DNA from: an uncultured Actinomycetes bacterium
Lineage (GTDB): Bacteria > Actinomycetota > UBA4738 > HRBIN12
NCBI GenBank assembly: GCA_963751665.1
Contig: CAVVVF010000003.1
Location: 105,349-169,348, forward strand
DNA length: 64,000 nt
Reading direction: 5' to 3'
Both the position numbers and the translations under genes were made by a program. The notes beneath the pieces are model-generated. The model was not told where the DNA came from. It saw only the letters and a program-made list of their open reading frames with translations, and did not search any database. Below, one piece after another: positions 1-9,254 of this stretch. Each line of letters opens with the position of its first letter. The stretch's first letter is position 1.

Positions 1-1
1 C

Positions 2-688
2 CTGGAGGACCTTCGGGACCTGCCGCACGAGCATCTGGCCGACGCCACCATCGACCACCATCGCGAGCTGCGAACGGGCCAGGCCGAGGCCGTGTACGCG
101 CCGGGGAAGACACCGGAGCAGGTGCGGGATGCGGCTGCGGCGCTCGTCGCGCGGGCGTCGGGCGCGGTCTTCGTCACGAAGGCCGCGCCCGAGCAGTTCC
201 ATGCCCTCATGGAGGCCGTCCCTTCCGCGACCTACCACCCTCGGTCCCGGCTGGTGGTGGCCAAGCGCGCCGAGATGGCGGCCGCGCTCGGGACGGCCTG
301 CGTGGTGTCGGCCGGCACCGCCGACCTACCAGTGGCGGACGAGGCGGCCGAGGCCGCGGATGCCCTCGGACTCGTTGTCACGCGGGTCACCGACGTGGGC
401 GTGGCCGGGATCCACCGGGTGCTGGAACGCCGGGCGGACGTGGAGGCTGCCGACGTCGCGATCGTGGTCGCCGGGATGGACGGCGCGCTGCCGTCCGTGG
501 TGGCCGGACTGATCTCGCGGCCGGTCGTGGCCGTCCCGACGAGCGTCGGCTACGGCGCGTCCTTCGACGGGCTGGCCGCGCTGCTGGCCATGCTGAACGC
601 GTGCGCTCCGGGCGTGTCGGTGGTCAACATCGACAACGGCTTCGGGGCCGCCCTCGTGGCGCACCGCATCGTGCGCAACCGGGAGTGA
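2..688 (+). CDS. larB: LarB, nickel-pincer cofactor biosynthesis protein (PurE-like); 5' end lies outside the window
   Basis: Frame is open from base 2; track ORF 92..688 is its internal GTG part. HHRELRTGQAEAVYAPGKT and VVAVPTSVGYGASFDGLAALLAMLNACAPGVSVVNIDNGFGAA are LarB/PurE-class motifs. larC follows 4 nt later. Confidence 0.8.
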   Translation: MEDLRDLPHEHLADATIDHHRELRTGQAEAVYAPGKTPEQVRDAAAALVARASGAVFVTKAAPEQFHALMEAVPSATYHPRSRLVVAKRAEMAAALGTACVVSAGTADLPVADEAAEAADALGLVVTRVTDVGVAGIHRVLERRADVEAADVAIVVAGMDGALPSVVAGLISRPVVAVPTSVGYGASFDGLAALLAMLNACAPGVSVVNIDNGFGAALVAHRIVRNRE

Positions 689-692
689 GCCG

Positions 693-1895
693 GTGCGGCT
701 CGCGTACTTCGACTGCATCGCCGGGATCTCCGGCGACATGGCGCTCGCCGCGCTGATCGACGCTGGCGCGGACTTCGACCTGATCAGGGAGGAGCTGGCG
801 AAGCTCCCGCTCGAGCCGTTCGACATCGAGGTGGAAGACGTGGAGACGAACGGCCTCCATGCAAAGCGGGTGGAGGTCCGGGCGACGGCCGCGGGCGTCA
901 TCAGAACGTACGCGAGCATCCGCGCGCTCCTGAACGGAACGGCGTTCCCCCCGGACGCGTTGGAGCTGGCCCAGCGGATCTTCCGCCGGCTGGCCGAAGC
1001 CGAGGCCCGCGTGCACCGAAAGGAGGTCGACCAGGTCACCTTCCACGAGGTGGGGGCGGTCGACTCGATCGTCGACATCGCCGGCACTGCCCTGGCCCTC
1101 ACCATGCTCGGGGTGGAGCGGGCGTTTTCCTCGGCGGTCCCCACCGGCCTGGGCATGACCAAGACCGACCACGGCGCCATGCCGATCCCGGCACCGGCCG
1201 TGGTCGAGCTGCTGCGGGGCGCGCCGCTGTACTCGAAGGGGGTGCCGGTGGAGCTGGTGACGCCGACCGGCGCCGCGATCCTCGCGGCGACGGTCGAGGG
1301 CTACGGCGAGCTCCCCCTGATGTCGGTGCATTCCGTGGGATACGGGGCCGGCGTCCATCGCCTCGACTTTCCCAACGTCCTTCGGATCCTGGTGGGCGAG
1401 GAGGCCGAGTCGCGGGGCGCCGCCCCGCCGGCGCCCCGCGACTCGATGGAGGTCCTGCTGGAGACCAACGTGGACGACCTCAACCCGGAGGTCTTCGAGT
1501 ACGTGATCGAGGAGCTGCTGGCCGCGGGAGCCCAGGACGCCTGGCTGGCCCCGGTCGTGATGAAGAAGGGCCGGCCGGCGATCACGGTCTCCGTGCTGTG
1601 CTCACCGGACAGGGTGGACGCCATGCGGGGCATCCTGTTCCGGGAGACGGGAACGCTCGGGGTCCGGTCCACCGAGGTGGCCAAGCGGGCCCTGGACCGC
1701 GAGATCCTGAAGGTCGAGACGGCGCACGGCGCCGTGGCCGTGAAGGTCGGGCTGTTCGAGGGCCGAGCCGTGACGGTGTCCCCCGAGTACGAGGACTGCG
1801 CCAGGGTGGCCAGGGAGGCCGGCGTGCCTGCGCGCCACGTGTACGAGGAGGCGGCGCGCCTGGCTCGGGACCAGCTCGGGGGCCATGAGGGTTGA
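693..1895 (+). CDS. larC: LarC, nickel insertion protein for the pyridinium-bisthiocarboxylate mononucleotide cofactor (DUF111)
   Basis: Track ORF 693..1895, 400 aa. N-terminus MRLAYFDCIAGISGDMALAALIDAG and the overall length are typical of LarC. It is adjacent to larB. Confidence 0.88.
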   Translation: MRLAYFDCIAGISGDMALAALIDAGADFDLIREELAKLPLEPFDIEVEDVETNGLHAKRVEVRATAAGVIRTYASIRALLNGTAFPPDALELAQRIFRRLAEAEARVHRKEVDQVTFHEVGAVDSIVDIAGTALALTMLGVERAFSSAVPTGLGMTKTDHGAMPIPAPAVVELLRGAPLYSKGVPVELVTPTGAAILAATVEGYGELPLMSVHSVGYGAGVHRLDFPNVLRILVGEEAESRGAAPPAPRDSMEVLLETNVDDLNPEVFEYVIEELLAAGAQDAWLAPVVMKKGRPAITVSVLCSPDRVDAMRGILFRETGTLGVRSTEVAKRALDREILKVETAHGAVAVKVGLFEGRAVTVSPEYEDCARVAREAGVPARHVYEEAARLARDQLGGHEG

Positions 1896-1898
1896 GAC

Positions 1899-1930
1899 GC
1901 CTGGGTGCTGCCCGAAGGCAGCACCCAGGC
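1899..1930. terminator. Perfect hairpin between convergent larC and a small minus-strand ORF; possible bidirectional terminator
   Basis: GCCTGGGTGCTGCC-CGAA-GGCAGCACCCAGGC: 14-bp perfect stem with a 4-nt loop, starting 4 nt after the larC stop. No clear U-tract. Confidence 0.5.
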
Positions 1931-1938
1931 ACAACCCG

Positions 1939-2022
1939 CTAGTTCTTCCAGGCTGCGCCAGTCCCCATGATGAGGGCCGCCAGCCAGCCCAGAGAGACCA
2001 GAAGGCGGCGGTACCTCTTCAT
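1939..2022 (-). CDS. 27-aa hydrophobic small ORF (MKRYRRLLVSLGWLAALIMGTGAAWKN)
   Basis: ATG 2022..2020, preceded by GGAGG (complement of 2033..2037, spacer about 10 nt). One predicted TM helix. The stop lies 8 nt before the hairpin. Too short for the ORF track. Confidence 0.3.
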   Translation of the reverse strand: MKRYRRLLVSLGWLAALIMGTGAAWKN

Positions 2023-2096
2023 CAGGCATCGCCTCCTTTCTCGGGGTATTCCATTGCCTTATCGGCACGGATGCTGTGGGACCTTGAGGGGACGCC

Positions 2097-2660
2097 ATGA
2101 GGCTCGCCCTATTCGCGCTGGGGGGTGCCGTCCTGATTGGCTTCCTGACCAGGGGGCGGCCCAGCCACCTAGCCGAGGTCCAGTTCCGATGGCCGGTCGT
2201 AGGACTGGCCGGCGTGGCCCTCCAGTTCATCCCGGCCTCCGGCACGCTGGGGATAGTCGTGCTCCTCTCGTCTTTCGTGCTGCTCGGCCTGGCGGTGGCG
2301 GTGAACATCCGTCTGCCCGGGTTTCCCCTGATCCTGGCCGGGCTGGCGCTCAACTTCCTCGTGATCGCGGTGAACGGCGGGATGCCGGTGACCACCAACG
2401 CGCTGGTGGCCTCGGGGCAGCAGGCCACGCTGAAGGATCTCCTCGAGGACGGGCGGGCCAAGCATCATCTGGCGACGAGTGCGGACGACCTCGTCGTGCT
2501 GGCCGACGCCATCCCGCTCGGGGAGCCGGTTCGCCAGGCAGTCAGCGTCGGCGACATCCTGGCCTACTCCGGCGCCGCCTGGTTCATCGTTCGGGGGATG
2601 CACCGTCGAGGTGGAGTAGGCTCAGCCGGGGATCCCCAGATCGCGGAGAGTTCGCCCTGA
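2097..2660 (+). CDS. DUF5317-like polytopic membrane protein
   Basis: Track ORF 2097..2660, 187 aa, several TM helices. LALNFLVIAVNGGMPVTTNAL matches DUF5317 as I remember it. Its stop overlaps the kinase ATG (TGATG). Confidence 0.7.
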   Translation: MRLALFALGGAVLIGFLTRGRPSHLAEVQFRWPVVGLAGVALQFIPASGTLGIVVLLSSFVLLGLAVAVNIRLPGFPLILAGLALNFLVIAVNGGMPVTTNALVASGQQATLKDLLEDGRAKHHLATSADDLVVLADAIPLGEPVRQAVSVGDILAYSGAAWFIVRGMHRRGGVGSAGDPQIAESSP

Positions 2661-4240
2661 TGGAGCAGGCAGCGCCCACGGCCGCGACGACGGACTCGGC
2701 GCGGCTCACCGACGCCGAGCCCCGGGCCAACAGGATCGGGACCGCGATCCTCACGCTCGTCGTGGTCATCCCCGTGCTGGGCTATCTGATCTGGGCGTTC
2801 CCCCGGTACAGGGACGAGCTCTCCTTCAGCCTCCTGTTCTTCATCCTGGCGGTGGCCGTCGTCGACCTCATCCCGGTTCCCGCGTGGGGCGGCCTGCAGC
2901 TCTCGCTCAGCTTCCCCATCCTGCTCGGGGTGGCGATGATCTACCCCGCGCCGATCGCCGCGTTCGTGGCCGTGGTCGGTTCGTTCGACCCGCGCGAGTT
3001 CCGCAGGGAGATCCCGTTCCTGCGGGCGGTGTGGAACCGGTGTCAGGTCGGGCTCTCCTTCCTCGCCGGCGGCGCCGTGTTCCATCGCATCGCGAGCCTG
3101 GAATCGCCATGGACGCGGGTCGTCCCGGCGATCCTGCTCGCCAGCGTGGTGGCCTACACGGTGAACACCGTCTGCGTGGCGCTGTACACGGCGATCTCCC
3201 GCCGCATCTCGGTCGGGAGCGTCCTGGCCAAGATGCACGGCACGGCCCCGTACGAGTTCCTCCTGTCGTATCTCGGGCTCGGGTTGTTCGGCGCGGTCAT
3301 CGCCCGGTTCTACGTCTCCGAGGGACTGTGGTCCGTGGCGGTGCTCCTGGCACCGCTCATCTTCGCCCGCCAGATGTACTTCCGGAGCCGGCTGCTAGCC
3401 GACCGCTTGGCGGAGCAGAACAGCATCCTGGCCGACCAGGCCCGAAAGCTCGAGGAGCTGCTGGAGAAGGAGCACCACCGGGTAGACGAGCTCCGAGAGC
3501 TGAACCGTATGAAGGGCGAGTTCGTGGCGGTGGTCTCTCACGAGCTCCGCACCCCGGTCACGGCCCTGATCGGCTACGCCAAGACCCTGCGCGAGCCGGA
3601 ATTCGCGGGGGACCCCGCGATGCGCCAGGAGTTCCTGGAGCGGATGGAGCGCCAGGGCGACAGGCTCCTGCGGTTGGTGGAGAACCTCCTCACCGCGTCT
3701 CGCATCGAGAGCCAACAGCTTCCACTCTCAGTCAGCCGGGTGCTGTTCGAGGACCTGGTGAGGGAGGTGGTCGAGGGGCTCTCGGTGGAGAGCGATCGGA
3801 TCAAGGTGGACGTCCCCTCCGACCTCCCGGTGCTCCACACCGACCGCCAGCTCCTCGGGCGCGTGGTGTCGAACCTGCTCGACAACGCGCTCAAGTACTC
3901 GCCGGAGGGCACGCCCTGCGACCTCGGGGCCCGGGCCGAGAGCGACCACCTGATGTTCTGGGTCCAGGACCACGGGATCGGTATCTCCGCCGGACAGCTC
4001 TCCCGGATCTTCGAGCGCTTCTACCAGGTGGATTCCTCGAGCACCCGGACCTTCCGGGGCGCCGGGCTCGGCCTGTCGCTGGTGAAGGACCTCCTGGACC
4101 ACCTGGGTGGGACCATCGAGGTCCAGAGCTCGCCCGGGCAGGGAAGCAGGTTCACCGTCAGGTTGCCGTTCCGGGCTCCCGATCCGCCGGTCGTCCCCAT
4201 CGAGATCCTTGAAGCCGAAGACCTCATGGCCTCGAGCTGA
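2660..4240 (+). CDS. Sensor histidine kinase with a large polytopic N-terminal membrane domain
   Basis: In-frame ATG at 2660 inside track ORF 1967..4240. About 7 TM helices, a coiled linker, H-box VSHELRTPVTALIGY, N-box NLLDNALKYSP, and G-boxes DHGIGIS and GAGLGLSLVKD. Confidence 0.85.
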   Translation: MEQAAPTAATTDSARLTDAEPRANRIGTAILTLVVVIPVLGYLIWAFPRYRDELSFSLLFFILAVAVVDLIPVPAWGGLQLSLSFPILLGVAMIYPAPIAAFVAVVGSFDPREFRREIPFLRAVWNRCQVGLSFLAGGAVFHRIASLESPWTRVVPAILLASVVAYTVNTVCVALYTAISRRISVGSVLAKMHGTAPYEFLLSYLGLGLFGAVIARFYVSEGLWSVAVLLAPLIFARQMYFRSRLLADRLAEQNSILADQARKLEELLEKEHHRVDELRELNRMKGEFVAVVSHELRTPVTALIGYAKTLREPEFAGDPAMRQEFLERMERQGDRLLRLVENLLTASRIESQQLPLSVSRVLFEDLVREVVEGLSVESDRIKVDVPSDLPVLHTDRQLLGRVVSNLLDNALKYSPEGTPCDLGARAESDHLMFWVQDHGIGISAGQLSRIFERFYQVDSSSTRTFRGAGLGLSLVKDLLDHLGGTIEVQSSPGQGSRFTVRLPFRAPDPPVVPIEILEAEDLMASS

Positions 4241-4258
4241 GCTGGCCTCCGGCGATCC

Positions 4259-4903
4259 TCACTCGGGGAGCATCCCAAGCGTGTAGGAGCAGCTCCGGCA
4301 GAACACGAACGCCGCCTTCCGCCCCCCGCTCTCTTCTTCGTCAGGGACTGTGATCGTCCTATACGTGGCGAACACCGCGAGGTCCGCGTCGCATCGAGGA
4401 CATCGTGGTCCGCGCCGCTCCGCCTCCCCCTCGACCTCCTCCTGAAGTGCCACCGACGGCTCCTGTCCCTTCTCGCCCAGCAGCCGGATGACCGCCTGGC
4501 GGACCCGGTTGAGGTCGGCCCCGAGCTTCTGGAGCACCTGCGCCGCGACGCCCTCGCCCTCGCGGACCAGTCCGAGGAGGATGTGCTCGGTGCCGATGTA
4601 GTTGTGCCCGAGCTGCAGTGCCTCTCGCAGCGCGAGCTCCAGGACCTTCTTGGCCCTGGGAGTGAACGGGATGTGCCCGGCCGCCTTGGCCTGGCCCTTG
4701 CCGATGATCTGCTCGACCTGTCCTCGGACGGCGTCGAGACCGATGCCCATCGTCGTGAGGGCCTCTGCCGCGATGCCCTCGCCCTCGTGGATCAGGCCGA
4801 GCAGGATGTGCTCGGTCCCGATGTAGTTGTGGTCGAGCATCCTCGCTTCCTCCTGGGCGAGGACGACGACCCGCCGAGCCCTGTCAGTGAACCGCTCGAA
4901 CAT
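4259..4903 (-). CDS. Stand-alone Clp N-terminal repeat domain protein with a C-terminal CxxC...CxxC zinc-ribbon tail
   Basis: Track ORF, 214 aa. [21 protein letters not shown] and two copies of [13 protein letters not shown] form the ClpC/ClpB N-domain repeats. The tail reads CPRCDADL...FCRSCSY. No AAA+ module. Confidence 0.8.
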   Translation of the reverse strand: MFERFTDRARRVVVLAQEEARMLDHNYIGTEHILLGLIHEGEGIAAEALTTMGIGLDAVRGQVEQIIGKGQAKAAGHIPFTPRAKKVLELALREALQLGHNYIGTEHILLGLVREGEGVAAQVLQKLGADLNRVRQAVIRLLGEKGQEPSVALQEEVEGEAERRGPRCPRCDADLAVFATYRTITVPDEEESGGRKAAFVFCRSCSYTLGMLPE

Positions 4904-4969
4904 GCGGCGAGCATAGGCCCAGGGCGCAGCGCAGACCAGGCCTGCCGGCGTCGGCGACCCGGCCGGCCG

Positions 4970-5404
4970 CTAGAAGCTGAGCAACGGCCCGGTGATGGCG
5001 AAGCGCAGGCCGTCGCCTACCGTAGCGAACAGCCCGAACAGCGCGATCGAGGCCCCGAGGAACGTGAGGTTCCGGAAGAACAGGATTTGCGTCGTCTGCT
5101 TCTGCATCGGGTCCCCCACCTCCCAGAACCGGTGGAACCACCACGCGGCCGGGATCACGAACGCCGCGATCATCAGCGCGCCAACGTCGGGCCATATACC
5201 GAGGGCGATCGACAGCGACGCGGCCGACAGCCAGATCCCCGTGGGCCACCCGGTGATGGCCGGGACGGGAAAACCGACGGATCGAGAATAGCCCTCCGCC
5301 ATCTTGCTCTGGCGGATGTGGAACCCCACCCCCGCCACGGGCCCGAAGTTGATCGAGAACAGGATCCTCCCGATCAGCACGATGATCCCCGCACTTGTGC
5401 TCAT
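4970..5404 (-). CDS. DoxX-like small membrane protein
   Basis: The last 144 codons of track ORF 4970..6619, from ATG 5404. Four TM helices; the WWFHRFWEV...FFRNLTFLGASI pattern resembles DoxX. The upstream part of that ORF is antisense to tRNA-Leu and fhaA. Confidence 0.6.
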   Translation of the reverse strand: MSTSAGIIVLIGRILFSINFGPVAGVGFHIRQSKMAEGYSRSVGFPVPAITGWPTGIWLSAASLSIALGIWPDVGALMIAAFVIPAAWWFHRFWEVGDPMQKQTTQILFFRNLTFLGASIALFGLFATVGDGLRFAITGPLLSF

Positions 5405-5419
5405 GGTCTCCTCCCTCGG

Positions 5420-5504
<85 letters not shown>

Positions 5505-5553
5505 GGGCAGGCAGATGCTAGCAAGCAGGTGGTGGTGCGGACCGGCCGCCCAG

Positions 5554-5581
5554 GTTTGGCCCGCGACCACGCGGATATAAT
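5554..5581 (+). promoter_or_regulatory. Candidate promoter of the fhaA operon
   Basis: TATAAT at 5576..5581, 40 nt upstream of the fhaA GTG. Only a weak -35 (GTTTGG, 16-nt spacer). Confidence 0.3.
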
Positions 5582-5620
5582 CGGGCCAATCGCATCTACC
5601 TGCGAAAACGCCACCACACC

Positions 5621-6319
5621 GTGCCGATCCTCCGCGACTTCGAGCGACGTCTCGGCAACATGGTCGAGGGTTTCTTCGCGACCGCGTTCCGAAGCGGGCT
5701 GCAGCCCGTGGAGCTTGCCAAGCGCATCCTCCGCGAGATGGACGCCGGCAAGACGGTAGGGGTCCGGGGGGTTTGGGCCCCGAATCATTTCGTGTTCACC
5801 CTCTCGCCGGAGGATGCCGAACGGTTCCAGCAGGCCGAGGGGGCCCTGGTCAACGAGCTCAAGCAGGTGGTCCGCGACGCGGCGGCGGAGAGGAAGTGGG
5901 GCTTGGTCGGGCCCCCCGAGATCGAGTTTCGGACCGACGAGTCGCTCGGCAGGGGACAGTTCGGCTGCGAGGCCTCGTTGGTGGAGGGGGAGCCCGAGCC
6001 CGCCCCGGCCCCATCGGGAAAGGGCGGGGAGGCGGCGATCGTGCTCCTGGAGGACGGCCACGAAGCCAAGGCCTATCGTCTCCACAAGCACACCGTGGCG
6101 ATCGGGCGCCTGCCCGAGTGCGACATCGTGATCTCCGACCCGGGCGCGTCCCGTCGGCACGCCACCATCACGCTGGACGACGGGGGGGAGTACGTGCTCA
6201 CCGACCTCGGCTCGACCAACGGGACGATCGTGAACGACGAGCCCGTGGCGGAGCACGTCCTGTCCGACGGCGACCGGATCACGATCGGGAACACGGTCCT
6301 CGAGTTCAGGAGGGAGTGA
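5621..6319 (+). CDS. fhaA: FhaA, DUF3662 plus FHA domain protein
   Basis: Track ORF, 232 aa. N-terminus MPILRDFERRLGNMVEGFF. C-terminal FHA domain (IGRLPECDIVISDPGASRRHATI...DLGSTNGTIVN). Positioned next to tRNA-Leu as in Rv0020c. Confidence 0.88.
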   Translation: MPILRDFERRLGNMVEGFFATAFRSGLQPVELAKRILREMDAGKTVGVRGVWAPNHFVFTLSPEDAERFQQAEGALVNELKQVVRDAAAERKWGLVGPPEIEFRTDESLGRGQFGCEASLVEGEPEPAPAPSGKGGEAAIVLLEDGHEAKAYRLHKHTVAIGRLPECDIVISDPGASRRHATITLDDGGEYVLTDLGSTNGTIVNDEPVAEHVLSDGDRITIGNTVLEFRRE

Positions 6320-6775
6320 GTGTCGCCGTTCGTCCTCTCGGTGCTGAAGTACTCGCTCCTGGTCCTGCTGTACTTCTTCATCTACCGCGCCGTGAAGACC
6401 GTCGCCGTGGACGTGACGGGCCGGCGGGGTTCCCGCCCCGCCCCGGCCCGAACCCCCAAGCCCAAGCCGGCGCAACGAGGCAAGGCCCCATCGTCCGTGG
6501 TCGTTCACACGCCGGACGGCAAGAGGGTCGGCTCGTTCCGGCTGGCCGACGCGGTCAGCATCGGGAGGAGCGAGCGGAGCACGATCAAGGTGGACGACTC
6601 GTACGTCTCGCAGAGCCACGCCCGCCTGTACGCGCGTGACGGCGCGTGGTTCGTCGAGGACCTCGGCTCGACGAACGGCACCTACGTGAACGACCGGCGG
6701 GTGGCCTCGCCCGTCCAGGTCCGGGCCGGCGACGTGGTGCGCGTGGGCAAGACGGTATTGGAGCTCCGGCGATGA
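6320..6775 (+). CDS. fhaB: FhaB, membrane-anchored FHA domain protein
   Basis: Track ORF, 151 aa. GTG start directly after the fhaA stop. N-terminal TM helix, Pro-rich linker, FHA domain (IGRSERSTIKVDDSYVSQSHARL...DLGSTNGTYVN). Confidence 0.85.
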   Translation: MSPFVLSVLKYSLLVLLYFFIYRAVKTVAVDVTGRRGSRPAPARTPKPKPAQRGKAPSSVVVHTPDGKRVGSFRLADAVSIGRSERSTIKVDDSYVSQSHARLYARDGAWFVEDLGSTNGTYVNDRRVASPVQVRAGDVVRVGKTVLELRR

Positions 6776-7938
6776 GGGTGACCGCGGCCGCCGCGACGGA
6801 CATCGGCCGGGTCCGGGAGGGCAACGAGGACTCCTACCTCACCGAGGAACCGCTCTTCGCCGTGGCGGACGGCATGGGTGGGCACCGGGGAGGCGAGGTG
6901 GCCTCCCAGCTCGCGGTGGAGACGCTGGAGAAGGTGTTCAGGGAGGGCTCCGGCGAGCTCCCCGACCAGGTGCAGGAGGCGAACCGGGTCGTCTTCGAGC
7001 GCTCGGTCCTGGACCGCAAGGTCGCCGGCATGGGCACGACGCTCACGGCGGCGCTGGTGGAGGGCGACCGGGTCCGGCTGGCCCACGTCGGCGACTCCCG
7101 CGCATATCTCCTCCGCGACGGCGAGCTCCGGCTGCTCACCGAGGACCACACGCTGGTCAATCGGATGGTCGCTGAGGGCGAGATCTCCAAGGAGGAGGCC
7201 GAGACCCACCCCCAACGCAGCGTCCTGACCCGGGCGCTCGGGGTGGACACGGTGGTCGACGTCGACGACGACACGTTCCAGGTCCGTCCGGGTGACCGGC
7301 TGCTCCTGTGCACGGACGGCCTGACCTCGATGGTCCCCGAGGACCGGATCGGCGAGGTCCTCCGAACCGTCCGCGACCCGCAGGAGGCGGCGAAGCGGCT
7401 GGTCCGGATGGCCAACGAGGCCGGTGGCGTGGACAACACCACCGTGGTGATCCTCGACTTCTCCGACGACGACGACGACGCCGACACGGCGGCACGGCCC
7501 GACGGGCAGGCCAAGTCCGCGGGGGCGATCGCGCCGGCTCCCGCAGGGAGGCCGGCGCGATCGCGCCGTTTCCCCACGCGGAAGCTCCTGGTGTGGGCCG
7601 GCATCCTGGTGGCCGTCCTGGTGGTGGCCCTGGTGGGGTTCCGCCTGTACCTCGACTCGCAGTGGTACGTGGGCGCGTCGAGCGGGCACGTCGCCATCTT
7701 CCGCGGCATCCCCACCGAGGTAGCGGGATTCGAGCTCCACCACGTCGTGGTCGAGACCACGATCCCTGCTGGGCAGGCGGAGTCCCTCGCCGTCTATCGG
7801 GACCTCGGCGACGGCATCACCGCGGAGGACCGGGAGCGGGCGAGCGCCATCGTCGAGCAGATCCGCCGGGACGTGGAGCGGTTGCAGCAGATCCCGAAGC
7901 CGAACCAGCCCGACTCGAGCAACGTATCGGGCTCATGA
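6772..7938 (+). CDS. pstP: PstP, PP2C Ser/Thr phosphatase with TM segment and extracytoplasmic tail
   Basis: In-frame ATG 6772 inside ORF 6646..7938, with an ATGA overlap with fhaB. Motifs TDIGRVREGNEDS, ADGMGGHRGGEVAS, CTDGLTSMV and GGVDNTTVV, then TM helix LLVWAGILVAVLVVALVGF. Confidence 0.88.
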   Translation: MRVTAAAATDIGRVREGNEDSYLTEEPLFAVADGMGGHRGGEVASQLAVETLEKVFREGSGELPDQVQEANRVVFERSVLDRKVAGMGTTLTAALVEGDRVRLAHVGDSRAYLLRDGELRLLTEDHTLVNRMVAEGEISKEEAETHPQRSVLTRALGVDTVVDVDDDTFQVRPGDRLLLCTDGLTSMVPEDRIGEVLRTVRDPQEAAKRLVRMANEAGGVDNTTVVILDFSDDDDDADTAARPDGQAKSAGAIAPAPAGRPARSRRFPTRKLLVWAGILVAVLVVALVGFRLYLDSQWYVGASSGHVAIFRGIPTEVAGFELHHVVVETTIPAGQAESLAVYRDLGDGITAEDRERASAIVEQIRRDVERLQQIPKPNQPDSSNVSGS

Positions 7939-9254
7939 GCAGGGAAACACTCACCGTCGCCCGGGCCCGCCAGGGCACCGCGCTGGCCCTCACCATCCTG
8001 GCCCTCATCCTGTCGGTGGGGGCCTATGCCTTGGCCGGGATGGGAAGGCGGGGCCACGTCCCCGTCAACCTGGCGCTGTACGGATCGATCTTCGCGGTCG
8101 GCTACGTCGCGGCGCACCTGGTGATCCGGCGGTTCGCCCCCCTGGCCGATCCCGCGCTGTTCCCCACCGCCGCGGTCCTGACCGGCCTGGGGTTCGCCAT
8201 GATCTTCCGGCTCTCAGGTGGTCTGGCCGCCGAGCAGGCCACCTGGATCGCCCTCGGCATCGTCGTGTTCTGCGCGACGCTGATCCTCGTCGGGGACCAC
8301 CGGCAGCTCGATGCCTACACCTACACGATCGGGCTGCTCGGTTTGGGCCTGCTGCTCCTGCCGATCGTCCCGGGGATCGGGCGGACCATCAACGGCGCCA
8401 GGCTGTGGGTCGAGATCGGGCCCCTCAGCTTCCAGCCGTCCGAGATCGCCAAGGTCCTGGTCGTGGTGTTCCTGGCGTCCTACCTGTCCACCAAGCGCGA
8501 GCTCCTGGCCATCGCCACGACCAGCCTGGGGCCGCTCCGCCTCCCTCCCGCCAAGCACCTTGGACCGGTCCTGGTGGCGTGGGGTATGTCGCTCATCGTG
8601 CTGTTCGTGGAGAAGGACCTCGGCGCCTCGCTGCTCTTCTTCGCCATCTTCGTGGTGATGCTGTGGGTGGCCACGGGCCGCGCCGCCTACCTCGTGATCG
8701 GAGGGATCCTGTTCGCCGCCGGCGCGACGGTGGGCTACCTGGCCTTCGCGCACGTCCAGACCAGGGTGGACATCTGGCTGCACGCGCTCGACCCCAACCG
8801 GGTCTTCGAGTTCGGCTACGGGCAGCTGGCCCAGGCGCAGTTCGGGATGGCGACCGGGGGGCTGGTGGGGGCGGGGCTGGGGCGGGGTTCGCCGACGCTC
8901 ATCCCCTACGCGTCCACCGACTTCATCTTCGCGGCCATCGGCGAGGAGCTGGGGCTGTTGGGGACGCGCCGCCGTGCTCCTGTTGTACGTCGTGCTGGTG
9001 GGCAAGGGGCTGAAGGCCGCGCTGCAGGGCCCCGATAGCTTCGGGAAGCTCCTGGCCACCGGGCTGTCCGCGAGCATCGGGCTCCAAGCCTTCGTCATCG
9101 TCGCCGGGGTGACCCGGGTCATCCCCCTCACCGGGCGTGACGCTTGCCGTTCGTCTCCTACGGCGGGAGCAGCCTGGTGTCCAACTTCGTCCTGCTCGCG
9201 CTGTTGATCCGAGTGGCGTCCGGACCCGCGCCGCCTCCCCAGGAGGCTCGGTAG
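7935..9254 (+). CDS. rodA: SEDS family peptidoglycan polymerase RodA/FtsW; 3 frameshifts in the 3' end as given
   Basis: ATG 7935 (ATGA overlap with pstP) within ORF 7308..9038 gives the polytopic N-terminal about 340 aa. It continues in ORF 8974..9207 ([12 protein letters not shown]...VIPLTG). [23 protein letters not shown] follows after two more +1 shifts. Shifts lie near 8964, 9136 and 9146. TAG 9252..9254 abuts the pbpA ATG. Confidence 0.8.

Noticed and set aside
5773-6639. 288-aa plus-strand ORF overlapping fhaA and fhaB in another frame
   Set aside because: Its composition is Arg/Gly/Pro-rich. fhaA and fhaB in the other frames carry clear FHA motifs and chained start/stop signals.
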